Source: the human T2T-CHM13v2.0 reference genome, Homo sapiens. Taken from it: a DNA stretch of 64,000 nt. A program made the translations under genes and the position numbers. Under the pieces are notes generated by a model. The model worked only from the letters and a program-made list of their open reading frames with translations. It was not told the origin of the DNA and did no database searches. The DNA lies in the NCBI RefSeq assembly GCF_009914755.1, contig NC_060941.1; one strand, given 5' to 3'. The number at the start of each line of letters is the position of its first letter. Position 1 is the first letter of the stretch. Of the stretch, positions 14,903 to 29,839 are shown one piece after another.

Positions 14903-15588
14903 TTAGTGAAAGTTCCCATGCGCTGTCTTCCCCCATCCAGTCACCCAGAGTGAAAAACTAAATGAAGACAAAATAACAGTAGAAAAAAAGATAAGGTCAG
15001 GGTGAACTGGAGACCTCTTCAATCCAATCCTCCAGCACAAAATGCAAGCCCGCAAATCTGGCATGGAGCTTTGCAGCCAGCACCAAAGGAGAAGTGTGCT
15101 TGGCTACATGGTCTGCAGTGTCCTCAAGATAAAATAAACCACCTGCTCCGGGCAAGCACAACCATTCCTGTGCTAACACCAAAAGAAATTCCTCCTACGG
15201 GTTCAGAGAAAGAGAACACAGTAAAAAAAAAAAAAAGTATTTAAAGACCATGAGTTTCATAGTGCTGTTTATTTTAACCCCTAGTTTGAACTAAGTCCTT
15301 CAGAAGCATTCCATGGGTATCACATTCTGGCTACAGTTCCTACAACCTAGTTGTCAGTAAAGGCCCTGCTCACAGAAGGAGTAAAAATAAGAGAACCATC
15401 ACACTTGGGGAGAAAGGTAAGGAGGAGAGGCAGTGCTTAGTGTAAAGAAGTCATTCCTTGTCTGTTATAACAGGAACCTGGTAATTTCAAAGTTAATAAA
15501 TCAAGAAACAACATACAATTGTTGTATTTAAAATTCTGGAGGCAACCACCAGGAGAACTAAAAGCAAACCCTTAGAAGTGTGACTGGA

Positions 15589-15937
<349 letters not shown>

Positions 15938-17093
15938 CTAAGTCCTTCAGTACAATTTGATTTTGGTTTTAACGATGGACATTTTATTCCTTTCGCTTAA
16001 AATAAAAACTAAGGCTTTTCAGTTTACAGCATGGAAAATGAGGAAAGAACACACACCAGGATGCAATGTAAATGAGAGTATGTGTTACAGGAATAACCTT
16101 GAGTTTGTCCTGATTTATACACAAAAGGAGATCTCTCACAAACTTCAGAATTAGTAAGAACAGATCTCTGCAACACACCTCACAGCCGACAGAGACACAA
16201 GCATACTACACCGTCAGAATGGGAAACTGCAAATCTAAACGGCTCTTTAAAATCCTGAACTCGAGTCCACTTTCAAACTCCATCATGCTAGCCCTCTCTG
16301 CAGCTCACTCGTGGCTTTCAGAGCCTGGCAGAGAGGGAAAAATTCAGGTTGTGGTGTTGCAAAAAAACACCTGCTTTCCCTCAATGCCAGTGCATTTCAC
16401 AAATGACATCAATTTCATGCCAGGGCATGAAATCACTGAAGCCAGTTAACATCCTCAGTTTTTGGATGAGGACGTGGAGTGCCCAGATAGGGAGTGACTA
16501 GCCCAAAGTCTCAAAACGACGGGATGGCAACCTCAGAACATGATTACTCCAAGTCCAATCCAGCACTCCTTCCACCACATCAGTGTGTGTTCTGAACACT
16601 TCGACATGCTGGAGAGCCGCTTGAAAAGTGGGGTTCCACTGTCAAATGTGGATGAAACCAAGCCAAGAAGGCTTTTCTCTCCCCACAGGACTCTCAGAGG
16701 CAATGATGGAACCCATCCTGACTCCCAACCCTTCTCACCGCCTCTCTCCTCCACCCCTACCAAGGGCCACGCACAGCCCAGGGCTCCTGCTCCCCTCAAT
16801 GCTCTCCCTGCTTTTATTGTGGCCATGTTTTACCTCCCATTCATCCTCTACCCAGCAGCCAGAGTGATCCTTCCAAAAAGACCCATTAAAAATCTAGCAC
16901 AACAGGAAACTCCACAGAGACAGAAAGCAGATGGGTGGTTGTCAGGGGCTGAGTGGCTGGGGACTGACTGCTTAATGAGCATGAGGTCTCCTTTGGGGAT
17001 GATGAAAATGTTTGGAATGAGAGAGAAGTAACGGTTGTACAACATTGTGAATGTACCAAATGCCACCGAACTGTTTACTTTAGAGTGGTGACT

Positions 17094-17395
17094 TTTTTGG
17101 GTTTTGTTTGTTTGTTTGGGACGGAGTCTTGCTCTGTCCCCAGGCTAGAGCACGGTGGTGGGATCTCAGCTCACTGCAACCTCCGCCTCCCAGGTTAAAG
17201 CGATTCTCTTGCCTCAGCCTCCCGAGTAGCTGGGACTACGGGTGCCCACCACCACACCCAGCTAATTTTTGTATTTTTAGTAGAGATGGGGCTTCACTAT
17301 ATTGGCCAGGATAGTCTCGATCTCTTGACCTCGTGAGCTGCCTGCCTCGGTCTCCCAAAGTGCTAGGATTACAGGTGTGAGCCACCACGCCCAGC
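17094..17395 (-). mobile_element. Alu (AluSc-type)
   Basis: Reverse dimer. Confidence 0.95.
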
Positions 17396-17399
17396 TGGG

Positions 17400-17627
17400 G
17401 TTTTGTTTTTGAGACAGAGTCTAGCTGTGTCACCCAGGCTGGAGTGCAGTGACACCATCTCGGCTCACTGCAGCCGCGACCTCCTGGACTCAAGTGATCC
17501 TCCCACTTCAGCCTCCTGAGTAGCAGGGACTGCAGGCACATGCCACCATATCTGGCTAAGTTTTGTAATTTTTTTGTAGAGAGAGGGTTTTGCCATGTTT
17601 GCCCAGGCTGGTCTCAAACTCCTGGGA
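17400..17627 (-). mobile_element. Alu (AluJ-type, 5' truncated)
   Basis: Reverse strand; right arm plus part of left arm. Confidence 0.9.
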
Positions 17628-17694
17628 TCCATCCAGCCATCATGAAACTTTTTGTGTCATAAAATTTTGTCTCAATTTAAAAAAAAAAAAAATG

Positions 17695-18195
17695 TGCCCT
17701 GACTAAAACATCTTCAGTGGACACCCACCTTCCTCAAAGTAAAATCCCATGTCTATAGTGGCCTAAACAGTCTCCCCCGTTTCTCCCCCTATTCCAGACA
17801 CAATGGCCTCCTCTGAGTCCTCACACAGGCCAAGTCGGTGTCCACCTCTCTGACTTCGCACATGTATTCTCTCTCTCTCTGGAACATTCTTTCCTCCGAC
17901 ACCTACAAGGCTGCTCCCTCATTTCATTCAAGTCTTTGCTCAAATGTTACCAACCCAAGACTGTCCCTGCCAACCGCATCTAAAATACCATCTCCTGCCA
18001 CCCTTTGCTCTGAGAGAGGAAAACAGTACACTACTAGCCTGATATTTTGTTATACAGTTAGTGGCTTTTAGTGGTCTGCTTTCCCCAGCAGAATCTAAAC
18101 AGTGAGGGCAGGGACTGTGTTAGAAATGGCCAGCACCCAAAATAGAGCCTGACACACAACTGCTGTTCAATAGAAACAGGTTAAATGAATGAATG
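17695..18195 (+). mobile_element. L2 3' fragment
   Basis: tttgctcaaatgttacc...gagggcagggactgtg...aaatgaatgaatg terminus. Confidence 0.65.
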
Positions 18196-18305
18196 TCCAT
18201 GCAGATGTTCCCTAAGGTTCAAAGTTATTTGTCCAGGGATATTTTTTCCCCAAGGGACATCTTGGCAGGTGAGCGTTCAACAGGTTGACTTTGACAAGTG
18301 CTTGC

Positions 18306-18774
18306 TGCATTAGTTTCATATGACTGCTGTAACAATCACAAACCTCTTGGCTTCAACCCACATGTTTTCTCTTACAATATTCTGAGGTCAGAAGTCCAAA
18401 ACCAAGTCAAAAATCAAGGTGTCAGGAGGGCCACGCCCCCCTTGGAGGCTCTAGGGGAAAATTGTTCCTTGTCTCTTCCAGATTCTCTGGTAGCTGCCAG
18501 CATTCCTTGGCTTGTGGTTGCATCACCCTGATCTTTGTCTCCATGGTCACATCACCTTCTCCTCTGTATGTGTTGGCAAAATCTCCCTCTCTCTCTCAGA
18601 GGCACAGTTGTGATTGCATTTAGGACCCACCCAGATAATCCAAAATAACCTCCTAGTCCCCAAATCCTTAACTTAACCACATCTGCAAAATCCGTCTTGC
18701 CATATAAGGTAAGTTCACAGACTCTAAGGATAAGGACCTGAATATCTGTAGGAGCCAGTCTTTAGTCCACCATA
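18306..18774 (-). mobile_element. MLT1C-like MaLR LTR
   Basis: tgcattagttt...gctgtaacaa, ggaggctctaggggaaaa, gccatataaggtaa; 5 bp TSD cttgc/ctcgc. Confidence 0.85.
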
Positions 18775-19007
18775 CTCGCTAACTGTGCTGCTGCTCACTT
18801 ATGTCAATGTCGTTGCTGTGTTTTAGGGTTTTAGGAAAGGGTTCGGGAGACTGTGCTCTAGTCCCAATGCTACACAACCTTGGACAAGACCAACCCCTTG
18901 TCAAGCCCCCACTATCTCACCTTTATAAGGAAGCTGTTGCTTCTATGAGTCCATTCATATCTAATATCCTGAGCCTTTATATTGAGTTTTTTAAAAGGCT
19001 GAAAAGC

Positions 19008-19287
19008 AGCTGGGCATGGTGGCTCACGCCTGTAATCCCAGCACTTTGGGAGGCGGGCAGATCACAAGGTCAACAGATTGAGACCATCCTGGCTAACATG
19101 GTAAAACCCAGTCTCTACTAAACATACAAAAATTAGCTGGGCATGGTGGCACACGCCTGAGTCCCAGCTACTCAGGAGGCTGAAGCAGGAGAATTGCTTG
19201 AACCCAGGAGGCAGAGGTTGCAGTGAGCCAAGATCAGCCTGGCAACAGAGTGAGACTCCGTCTCAAAAAAAAAAAAAAAAAAAAAAA
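19008..19287 (+). mobile_element. Alu (AluSc-type, small internal deletions)
   Basis: TSD gctgaaaagc. Confidence 0.93.
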
Positions 19288-20167
19288 GCTGAAAAGCTTG
19301 CTGAGGGCTTAAAACAAGAATCAAAATCAGGAGCTCCCAGGGAAAGAGGGGCCAAAAGCTTCCCTCCCACCACCTGCAATCCTACGAACAGTTGTTATGC
19401 GGGGAAAAAATCAAATACCTACAATCCTGCTATGAGTATTTCATGAAATTTATTCTTAATACAGTTGACATTAGACTCTATGTTCAGCTGACCCCATTTT
19501 TTTCACTGAACACTACTACGTATTTCATCTACTATGTATTTCATCTACTACTACGTATTTCAATACGTGTTATTGAAACCTCTCATTTTAAATCCTTTGC
19601 TGGTTAGCCACTCCCAAGAAATCAGACATGGCTCAGCACCCTCTCAGGAGACAGCCATCAAGGTCCCTTTCTGGCATAAGAAGCAAAGATGTGGGAACTT
19701 CCTTAACCCATGGACTAAGTGATGGGTACATCAAATCAGCTTGCAAATAGGGGACAACTCTTTGCTGCTTATCCCTCTTCCTCAGCACAGACCTATGGCA
19801 GCTGCCATGAACCTAAGGAATACGACCAATGGTCCATGGGTTACAGACTGCTAATCGCTAACCTAAGGCAAAGACCCCAAGATCAGCAGCTTGCAGGCCC
19901 CAGGCACTCAGCAAGCCCTGGCAGTTAGCTGAGCAGCTGTGCCCTGTGTGGTACCCACTTACTTAGCAGAGAGAAAACACCTGGTATCTCCCTGAATGCA
20001 CAGCTGGGTCATTCCTGAAGGATATGAGCTCAGCTGCCAGCTGTCAGGACCTCACAGTCACAGTATCAACACAAGAGTTAAAAGAATACAGGTCATAAGG
20101 CCAGAGCTCCAGGTCCCTTCCACTGCCTACCTCTGTCCTTAGGCGAGCCATGGGAACTCTCTGGATA

Positions 20168-20482
<315 letters not shown>

Positions 20483-20749
20483 CTCTCTGGATCTTTAAAA
20501 CAGTGATGCTAAAAACCTGCCTCACGAGGGGATTAACAGAATTTAATAAAACAGTAAGTCTTTGTAACCACCATTCAGGCAGAGCAAGAAGATACAGTTT
20601 ATCATCCCGTCTTTTAACAACCTTCTCACTGCCTTACTCTCCCTTCATTTCCATTTCTGTCATCCGCAATATGATTTCCACCCCTCAGCACTCAACTGGA
20701 TGGCCTCCAGATCGCCACATGCAATCTTTCCACGCGGCCTTTAACAAAA

Positions 20750-20910
20750 AGGGCTCTGGAACCAGATGGCCTAGGTTCAAGTCCCAGCTGCACAACTTCC
20801 TGTGCCTAGGTTTCCTCACGCATTGACAATGATAATAGGACCCTCCTTACAGGGCTCTTATGGACGCTGAATGTGCCAAGAAGTGTAAATTACACCTGGC
20901 ACATAGGAAG
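20750..20910 (+). mobile_element. MIR
   Basis: gggctctggaaccagatggcctaggttcaagtcccagct...cctggcacatagga. Confidence 0.7.
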
Positions 20911-21105
20911 GTATATTGGTATTCCCTGAAATCTATTTTCTAAACTTTGATTAGACAACATAATATACACAAAAATTGCATAAAACATAAATGTGTAGCA
21001 TAATAAAGTAAACTCCATGAAGCTTTCTGAGTGTCCCTTCCTGATCTGACCATTCTTTATTCCAGAAGGAACTGCTATCCCAAATTCTCCAGAAATCACT
21101 GGGCC

Positions 21106-21175
21106 CTCGAACTCCTGGGCTCAAGTGATCCTGCCAAAGTGCTGAGATTACAGGCGTGAGTCACCACGGCTGGCC
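21106..21175 (-). mobile_element. Alu left-arm fragment
   Basis: ctcgaactcctgggctcaagtgatcc...caaagtgctgagattacaggcgtgag. Confidence 0.85.
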
Positions 21176-21257
21176 TGTGGCAGTGGAATTTATAGACAAT
21201 AAAATTCATCCTTTGAAGGTCCAGTTTGATGACAAATGTGTAAGTTTCTCAGATCTT

Positions 21258-21533
21258 GGCCGCAGTGGCTCATGCCTGTAATCCCAGCATTTTCGGAGGC
21301 TGAGGCGGGCGGATCACAAGGTCAGGAGATCGAGACCATCCTGGCCAACATGGTGAAACCCTGTCTCTTCCAAAAATACAAAAATTAGCTGGGCATGGTG
21401 GTGCATGCCTGTAATCCCAGCTACTCGGGAGGCTAAGGCAGGAGAGTCAGAGGTTGCAGTGAGCTGAGATCATGCCACTGCACTCCAGCCTGGTGACAGA
21501 GCGAGACTCCATCTCAAAAAAAAAAAAAAAAAA
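21258..21533 (+). mobile_element. Alu (AluSc-type)
   Basis: TSD taag(t/g)ttctcagatctt. Confidence 0.95.
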
Positions 21534-23330
21534 TAAGGTTCTCAGATCTTAACACCTCTGCCCGTGTGCTCCATCCCCTACAAACAGCACAAACCTCTTT
21601 AACCCAGTCCTTTCCCTTCCTTTGCAGAATGACGTGTTCTCTGAAGTCACTGATCCACCTTCCTGTTCCTCCTCATTCCTCAACCTGGCTGTGCCCATTG
21701 CGGGTATGTTCCTTGGGGCTCCATCCCTGGTCCTGCTTTCTCCCCCACAGCATTCTCTTGCCAGGTTCATCTGCTCCCTCAGCAGCGTCTCTGCAGATCA
21801 CTCCCAAGTCTGCGCCAAGGCCCCAACTTGTCTGATAAAGCACACTCAGTCTGAGAATCACAGGCCACTGACACCTCAAATTCAGGATATGCAAAGGCAA
21901 ATTCTGTTTGCCCCAACCAGTCTCTGCCACATATATATATATTTTCTATGTTATAGTCCCTAGAAGCCAAACCAAAATCAGACTTTTCAATTTATCAAAT
22001 TCCCTACAGTCAACCACTTCCCAAATCCCCTGTACTCAACTGCCAAGATCTCTCCAAGTTTTTTCTGTGCCTCCAAATGCCTCCCCTCTTCTGTTTGCCA
22101 GGGGAGGGTGTCCTCACTCAAAATAACTTCTAATGGGCCCTACAGGCAAAATCCAAGCACAAGTCCTTCAGGGAGCTTCCACGTTGTGGTAAGCCAATGG
22201 GGAATCTGTCACTTGGGCCTGCATACCCCACAGTGGCCTTCTTCCAAGGATGGCACTCCATTTTCCTGTGGGGAGCCACACTTCTCCATTCTCAGGTATG
22301 GACAGCACTACCCACCCAACAGACCAGGCCTAAGGCCATCACCCAGTCAATTCAGAACCAGCACCTGGTTCTGACAAGCCACTCCATTTCATGGGGCTTC
22401 ATCTTATGGAAAAGGAGCTGTCTTTTGCCAATGGTCTCAGCGCAGGGAGGATACCAGTCTGGAGCTGCCAGCTTCCAACGTGCAGCTCAAGTGAGAAAGC
22501 GCACATCCTGACATCTTTGGATCCTGTAGCCACAGAACCTACGGATCCACGAGTGGCGTCCAAAACACGCCCTTCTTGGCTTAAGCCATACTGGGCTGGT
22601 TTTCTAGCCTTTGCAATAGAAAGGGTCCCATCCGAGGCTGCAATTTCCTTCCTTCCCTCATCATCTCACCATCCCCTCACCCTGCAGCTATGCCAGACAT
22701 TTTCTAAATCAAAAACACAACAAATACCCCAAAAAACTTTTCAAGCCAGCTGCCTTATTTAATTCCCAAGCATTCCTCTGATGTCTCTGTGCCTTTGCCC
22801 ACGCCGATCTCTGGCGCTGGGCTGCCTTCCCTCTCTAGTCTTGGGGAATCCTACTCCTCTGTAAGGCCTCCTCACCTTCCTCTCCCTTCTCTGAGCCCCC
22901 ATAACATTCTGAATACATTTACTACAGTTCCCTGCTTAAACTCGGCTCTTCCAACAAGACCGCAAGCTCCTATGGCAGTGGTCAGGGCCCACTCACAACA
23001 TCTCTGCATTAACCCAGAAGGTGACTCAAAAAATACTTGCTTGACTGAATGGGAGGAAGATGGCAGAGCAGAAGAGAGACTCCCCGGATGGGGTTACTCA
23101 GTCTCTCGGGGCTCTGCCAGGTATAGATCTTACACACAGCCACATTCCCAGGGTGACGAGAGGAACCGGGGCACACAGCTCACCTCCAAAAAAGCAGGGC
23201 GAGCAGGACACACTGGACACACAAATCAGGTGAAGCAGGTGCAGCAGCTCTTGCAGGGCACAAGCACAAAGCCCTGGCCTCCATGAGATCCCTTCCAGGC
23301 TGCTGAGTTTTTCACATTTTTACAAACTCA

Positions 23331-23852
<522 letters not shown>

Positions 23853-24391
23853 TCACCTTATGCCACCCTTTTCTTCTCTCCAGGAGACTCTTGGGCACCC
23901 AGAGCACATGGAATAAAGAGTGAGCTGGAGCCGCGGGCTACAAGGGGTAGGGACAGCTGTGGGGACCTCCCTCTAGGACTAGCCTGGCCAGGAGAGCAGG
24001 AGGTGGCTTCCCCAGCTGCTGCCAAAAGACACCTCCAGCCACAACTCTCCACTCACCCCATGCAGCCAGGGCTGCCCACTGCTGTCTTCCACGCTGTCCT
24101 GTAGTGGCTGCTTTTGCCCAGATCTCTCCATCCACCACAAAATGAACCTAACGAGGATGCAGGGTGATGAGGTGATGAGGTGGTTCAGGCTCCAAGCAAG
24201 AAAGAAGCCTTTGTTTGCCAAAGGTGGGTCAGACCTTCTTGTCCCAGTGGCCGAGACAGCAGAGGAAGAGTGTAAAGTGGGATTATATGCTACAATAGGT
24301 ATGACAGGAGCTACAAGGATTGGCTCAGAGCCATGGGAAGTGGGCATATCCCTAGCCAGGCACTCTCCTTCAGAACACAGATAAAACAGGT

Positions 24392-24765
<374 letters not shown>

Positions 24766-26410
24766 TCAGCTCTCCATTAGCTAGTAGCAGGACTTTCTCT
24801 AAGCCCTGTCTCCTTATGCTTGTGAAATAGGCCTGCTGGATTTAATAATCTATCTCAGAGGCCCCTTCCAGTAATAAGCCTGTGAGTCATCAGAAAATGC
24901 ATGGAGAGGTGGAGACACACCCATCCAAACCCTCCCTCTGCCCACCCATTTACCAAACAGCGCCTGTTCCACCAGCCCACTGCTAAGCTTAGGGTGCATT
25001 CCTGGGGAGCCCTCCCCAAAACAGGTTCCACATGGCCCTGTGAGGCTTCTACCACAGACGCCGAAAGAGGCAGATCTGCCTGCAGCAGGGTACAACCAGA
25101 GCAGGCAGGGACTTTGCAAATCTTTCTGGCCGGTGAAAAGTTTAAACACCGTCATGCTGTTAAGTGATCCGAGAGCAGCATCTTTCCACCGCCCTGGAGT
25201 GGTTCTGGCAGGGCACCCTGCACTGGGGGTGCCGAAAGTGAAGAATGAATTACATTGCTTAATTTCTCCTCCAATGTACTTTTTTTTGGACGGCGGGGGA
25301 GTGGAGACATTCCACACAATAGGAAAGAGACCCATCCTGGGCAAGGCATAGCCAGATATAACAATGCAAATGTGTGTACATATACAACTCTTCATTTTGA
25401 AAGGGAAGCTGAATCTCTGTGACTTTTGCAAGATTAGTCACCCTGGGTGCAGCACCTAAGTGTCCCAGTCCTTAGGTGCCCTCTGCCCTGGCCTTCTCCC
25501 CAAGGTATACCCTCTCACCAACCTAATATATTCAAAACCTAAGAGTGTAATTCGTTACCTTTCTTCCAAATTCACTTAAGACTTAAGACTGTGTCAATCT
25601 CTAAAAGCATATAACAGGGACAGTGGACAGTGGAAGGCCAGCACACTCTTCTGTCCTAATGGGTTCAAGAAATATTCTTAGCTTCTTAGACCAGTTCCCT
25701 TAGCACCTACATAGAAGATCAGGAATGGAAAGAGACAAGAAAAGAGGAGGTTGAGATCCATCTATTATCCTCCTTATTAGGAGTTTAAAGGCTCCGAAAG
25801 AGGAAATGAAAACTTTGGGTTAAAAGAAGACTCAGTGGAATTATTCGGATTTAAAATATAATTGAACTGAACAATTGATACACGGCTCTTTACATCCTTG
25901 ACTTTTTGTGGTTGATTTCATTATATTTCTAGCTCAACCTGCAACCTTATCTCCTATTTAGCACAGATGATCAAAAACATGTTGCCGGACACTCAAAGAA
26001 ATGATCTGTATCTGTTCATCTTGATTTCCTCAGCATCTTTTTCTCCCTTTGTGTGGATTCAGGCACATGGACTCACACAAAGTTCAGCACAGAATGCCAC
26101 TTCCCAGAGGTCTCCTCTCTGCCCTCTATTCCTTCAGGTCTCTACAACTTCTCTAACACTAACCATCCTGCTTCCATCTCTGCCTGAGAGCTAGACCGGA
26201 TCTCTCAAATCCCATCCAGGTGAGAGCAAGGATTCCATCACTACCATATCTTACCAGTTACCATTGTGGGTAGACATCCATTCTCCTCCCTCAGGTATCA
26301 GCTGACTTGCATTTGCTCCCTTCTCAGCCCAGGTGGTGAGGATGGGGCTGATCCACCTCCCAACCCCCCCATCCAGGCTCCATCTGAAAGCTGCTAGGTG
26401 ACTTTCCTGG

Positions 26411-26535
26411 TTTTTTTCCCCTCTTTGGAATTACGAAGTTTTTAGAATCAGAAAGACTCTAAAGTCTTTAGAATCAGAAAGTTTTTAGAGTCAGAAAGAT
26501 TCTAAAAACTTCATAATTCCAAAGCGGGATAAAAA
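26411..26535. repeat. 125 bp nested inverted repeat (fold-back hairpin)
   Basis: Outer arms 26411-26449 and 26498-26535; inner arms 26455-26469 and 26478-26492. Confidence 0.9.
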
Positions 26536-26633
26536 GGGTTTTCTGAGAAGATTGCTAAGCTAGAAAATGAAGCTAAAACAGAGGGATGCAAAGCCTAGAG
26601 ATGGAGATTTCTGATGACACTGCCTTTGCTTCT

Positions 26634-27264
<631 letters not shown>

Positions 27265-28340
27265 TCTCTAGAACAGGCGGTACCTACAGCCACACGCCTG
27301 TGGGCTTTTCATTCATGAGGGCCAATAAATCCCTGCACCCCACACTCTGTGACTGTCGCTCAGCTGGTTTGACTTGGGCTGCTACCACTTAAAACCCAGG
27401 GTCCCTCGGACTTTACCACAACTCCTTGTTACAGTCATGGCTGACTCTTCCAGGCACTCCCTCTCATTGGTTAAAGAGAAGCATTAGCCCCTGACTTCTA
27501 TCACTGTTCCCACCATGCGTTTTGGCAAAGGGATGCCAGGACCCATCTAAGTTGGCTTCTCAGTTTTTCACGCTCTTTGTGCTTCTGCCCTGGTTCTTGG
27601 CCAGGCTGCCTGGTACATGGGGCCCTGCCCTCTGCCTGTCTTCTATGAAATTTTCTAAGGGGTCTGGGACCAGCAGAGACTGGCAGAACCATCTAAGCAA
27701 CTCCCTCCCCAAATAGTGCCCATGCATAAGGTAATCCAGACACCCCAAGGAGCTCTGAACAGTGGGCCTATAGGGTCATTGTTTAGCTCAGAGATTGTGG
27801 TATTATATTAATACATTTTTTTTCAAGGAAGAAAACAAACCAGATCTAAGCTGAATGAGTTTTGAAAACGCACTGAAAGAAATCTGATTGATCTAGAAGG
27901 AAGAAAAGAAAGAGTGCCCGTAAAAAAAAAAAAAAAAAAAAAAAAGAATCTTCCCCATTGTTGACCACTGAGATTCAGCCTTCTAATTCAGAGGGGAGCA
28001 CAAGGTGACCCCTGAATTATGCTACACCAATTCAGCTGAAATTAAGGGTAATTTGTACAAAGAGTCTGGAATTTTCAAGGAGAACTAATTCCTACTGTCC
28101 CAGCCATGAAAATCAGAGTTTCCAGCATAGTAGTCTAATCTCTTAGTCGGCTAGCTGACTAAGTATTTCTTTGGTGGGACTACGCAAGGTTGGGCAGCTA
28201 GAATGGCCTCCGCATGCTGATTTTGAGTGACCCACATTGCTTACATAGACAAGTGCCCACACGTTCTAGGGGCAGCCCTGCCTCCACACTACCTTGGCTA
28301 CCTATTCCAGTGGTCATCCCCTGACCTGGTATTTTAAATC

Positions 28341-28545
28341 CAGACTTCTCAAGCCTGGATGAGCATCTGAATTACCAGAGGAGATTTTTTAAAGTAGGGT
28401 ACCCAGGACACACTCTATACCAATTAATTCACAACCTCCATCAAAATCAAAATACCCAGGCCCTGTTTTTTTTTTTTGGTTTGGTTTCCGGGTCTTTATG
28501 TTCCCCAGATAATTCCAACATTGACAAGACCCATTTTAAACGGAG
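28341..28545. mobile_element. MER5B-like hAT DNA transposon
   Basis: ttctcaagcctggatgagcatctgaattaccagagga...ccccagataattc. Confidence 0.55.
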
Positions 28546-28694
28546 AGCCACAAATCCCAAACAGGCACTCAACTCTTGCTTACTCTGCCCCAAATGAATG
28601 TTCAATAGGCGAGTAATTAGGCATATCCTGGACACATTTTAGGAAACTGTCTCTTCCTAAACTTCCCATTGAGGAAGGGCTGTGGAATCTCGAT

Positions 28695-29127
28695 CCTCAG
28701 AGTGGGATCCAGGGAGGCACCAGCAGCATTCCTGTCGCCTAGAAGCTTGTTAGAAATGCAGAATCTGCATTTTAACAAACCCTGACCGGACGTAGTGGCT
28801 CACACCTGTAATCCCAGCATTTTGGGAGGCCGAGGTGGGCAGATTGCTAAGAGCCCAGGAGTTTGAGACCAGCCTGGGCAATATGGCAAAACCCCTCCTC
28901 TAAAAAAATTAGCCAGGCGTGGTGGTGCACACTTGTGGTCCTAGCTACTCAGGAGGCTAAGGTGGGAGAATCACCTGAGCCTGGGGAGTAGAGGCTGCAG
29001 TGAGAGCTGTGACTGTAACACTGTACTCCATCCAGTCTGGGTGATAGGTTAAGACCCTGTCTCAAACAAACCAACCAACCAACCCCCATGTAGTTGGTTT
29101 GCACATTTAAATTTGAGAAGCACAGCT
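28695..29127. mobile_element. MER5A-like DNA transposon split by an Alu
   Basis: gcttgttagaaatgcagaatctgcattttaacaa | gcacatttaaatttgagaagcac. Confidence 0.7.
28784..29082 (+). mobile_element. Alu (AluJb-type)
   Basis: Dimer with (AACC)n tail. Confidence 0.92.
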
Positions 29128-29257
29128 CATGCCATCTAGCGACCCTACTCTAGCTGCCCAGTGAGACTGTTTTCCATTTTCCAAAACAACGATTTCATTT
29201 CTCAGATGATGGGAAATGTTTTCTCTCACACTTCACTTAGAAAGATAGGAACAACCC

Positions 29258-29626
<369 letters not shown>

Positions 29627-29839
29627 CTACCCACATCAGAGCCCACGCTCGCAGCCTTCCCTCCCACAACAGTAACTCCTCCTACCAAAGGCAACTTACC
29701 TGCTTTCTACCGATCAGCACATAATACCTACCTTTAAATTTAAAAAATTAAAGATAAATATATCCTTTGACCCCAGTTCTCCATTCCTTTATTCATTTCC
29801 TTCTCCTAACAGAAAAAATTTTCACCAAAAATGTTGCCT

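Larger units (their letters stand above)
16885..17690 (+). mobile_element. L1MB-type 3' end fragment, split by two Alus, inside an L2
   Basis: cagagacagaaagcagat...ggttgtacaacattgtgaatgtac...; continues at about 17640-17690. Confidence 0.75.

Noticed and set aside
24850-25431. 193 aa minus-strand ORF in unique DNA
   Set aside because: No recognisable domain, the start is not ATG, and similar ORFs overlap in other frames, consistent with chance in GC-rich DNA.
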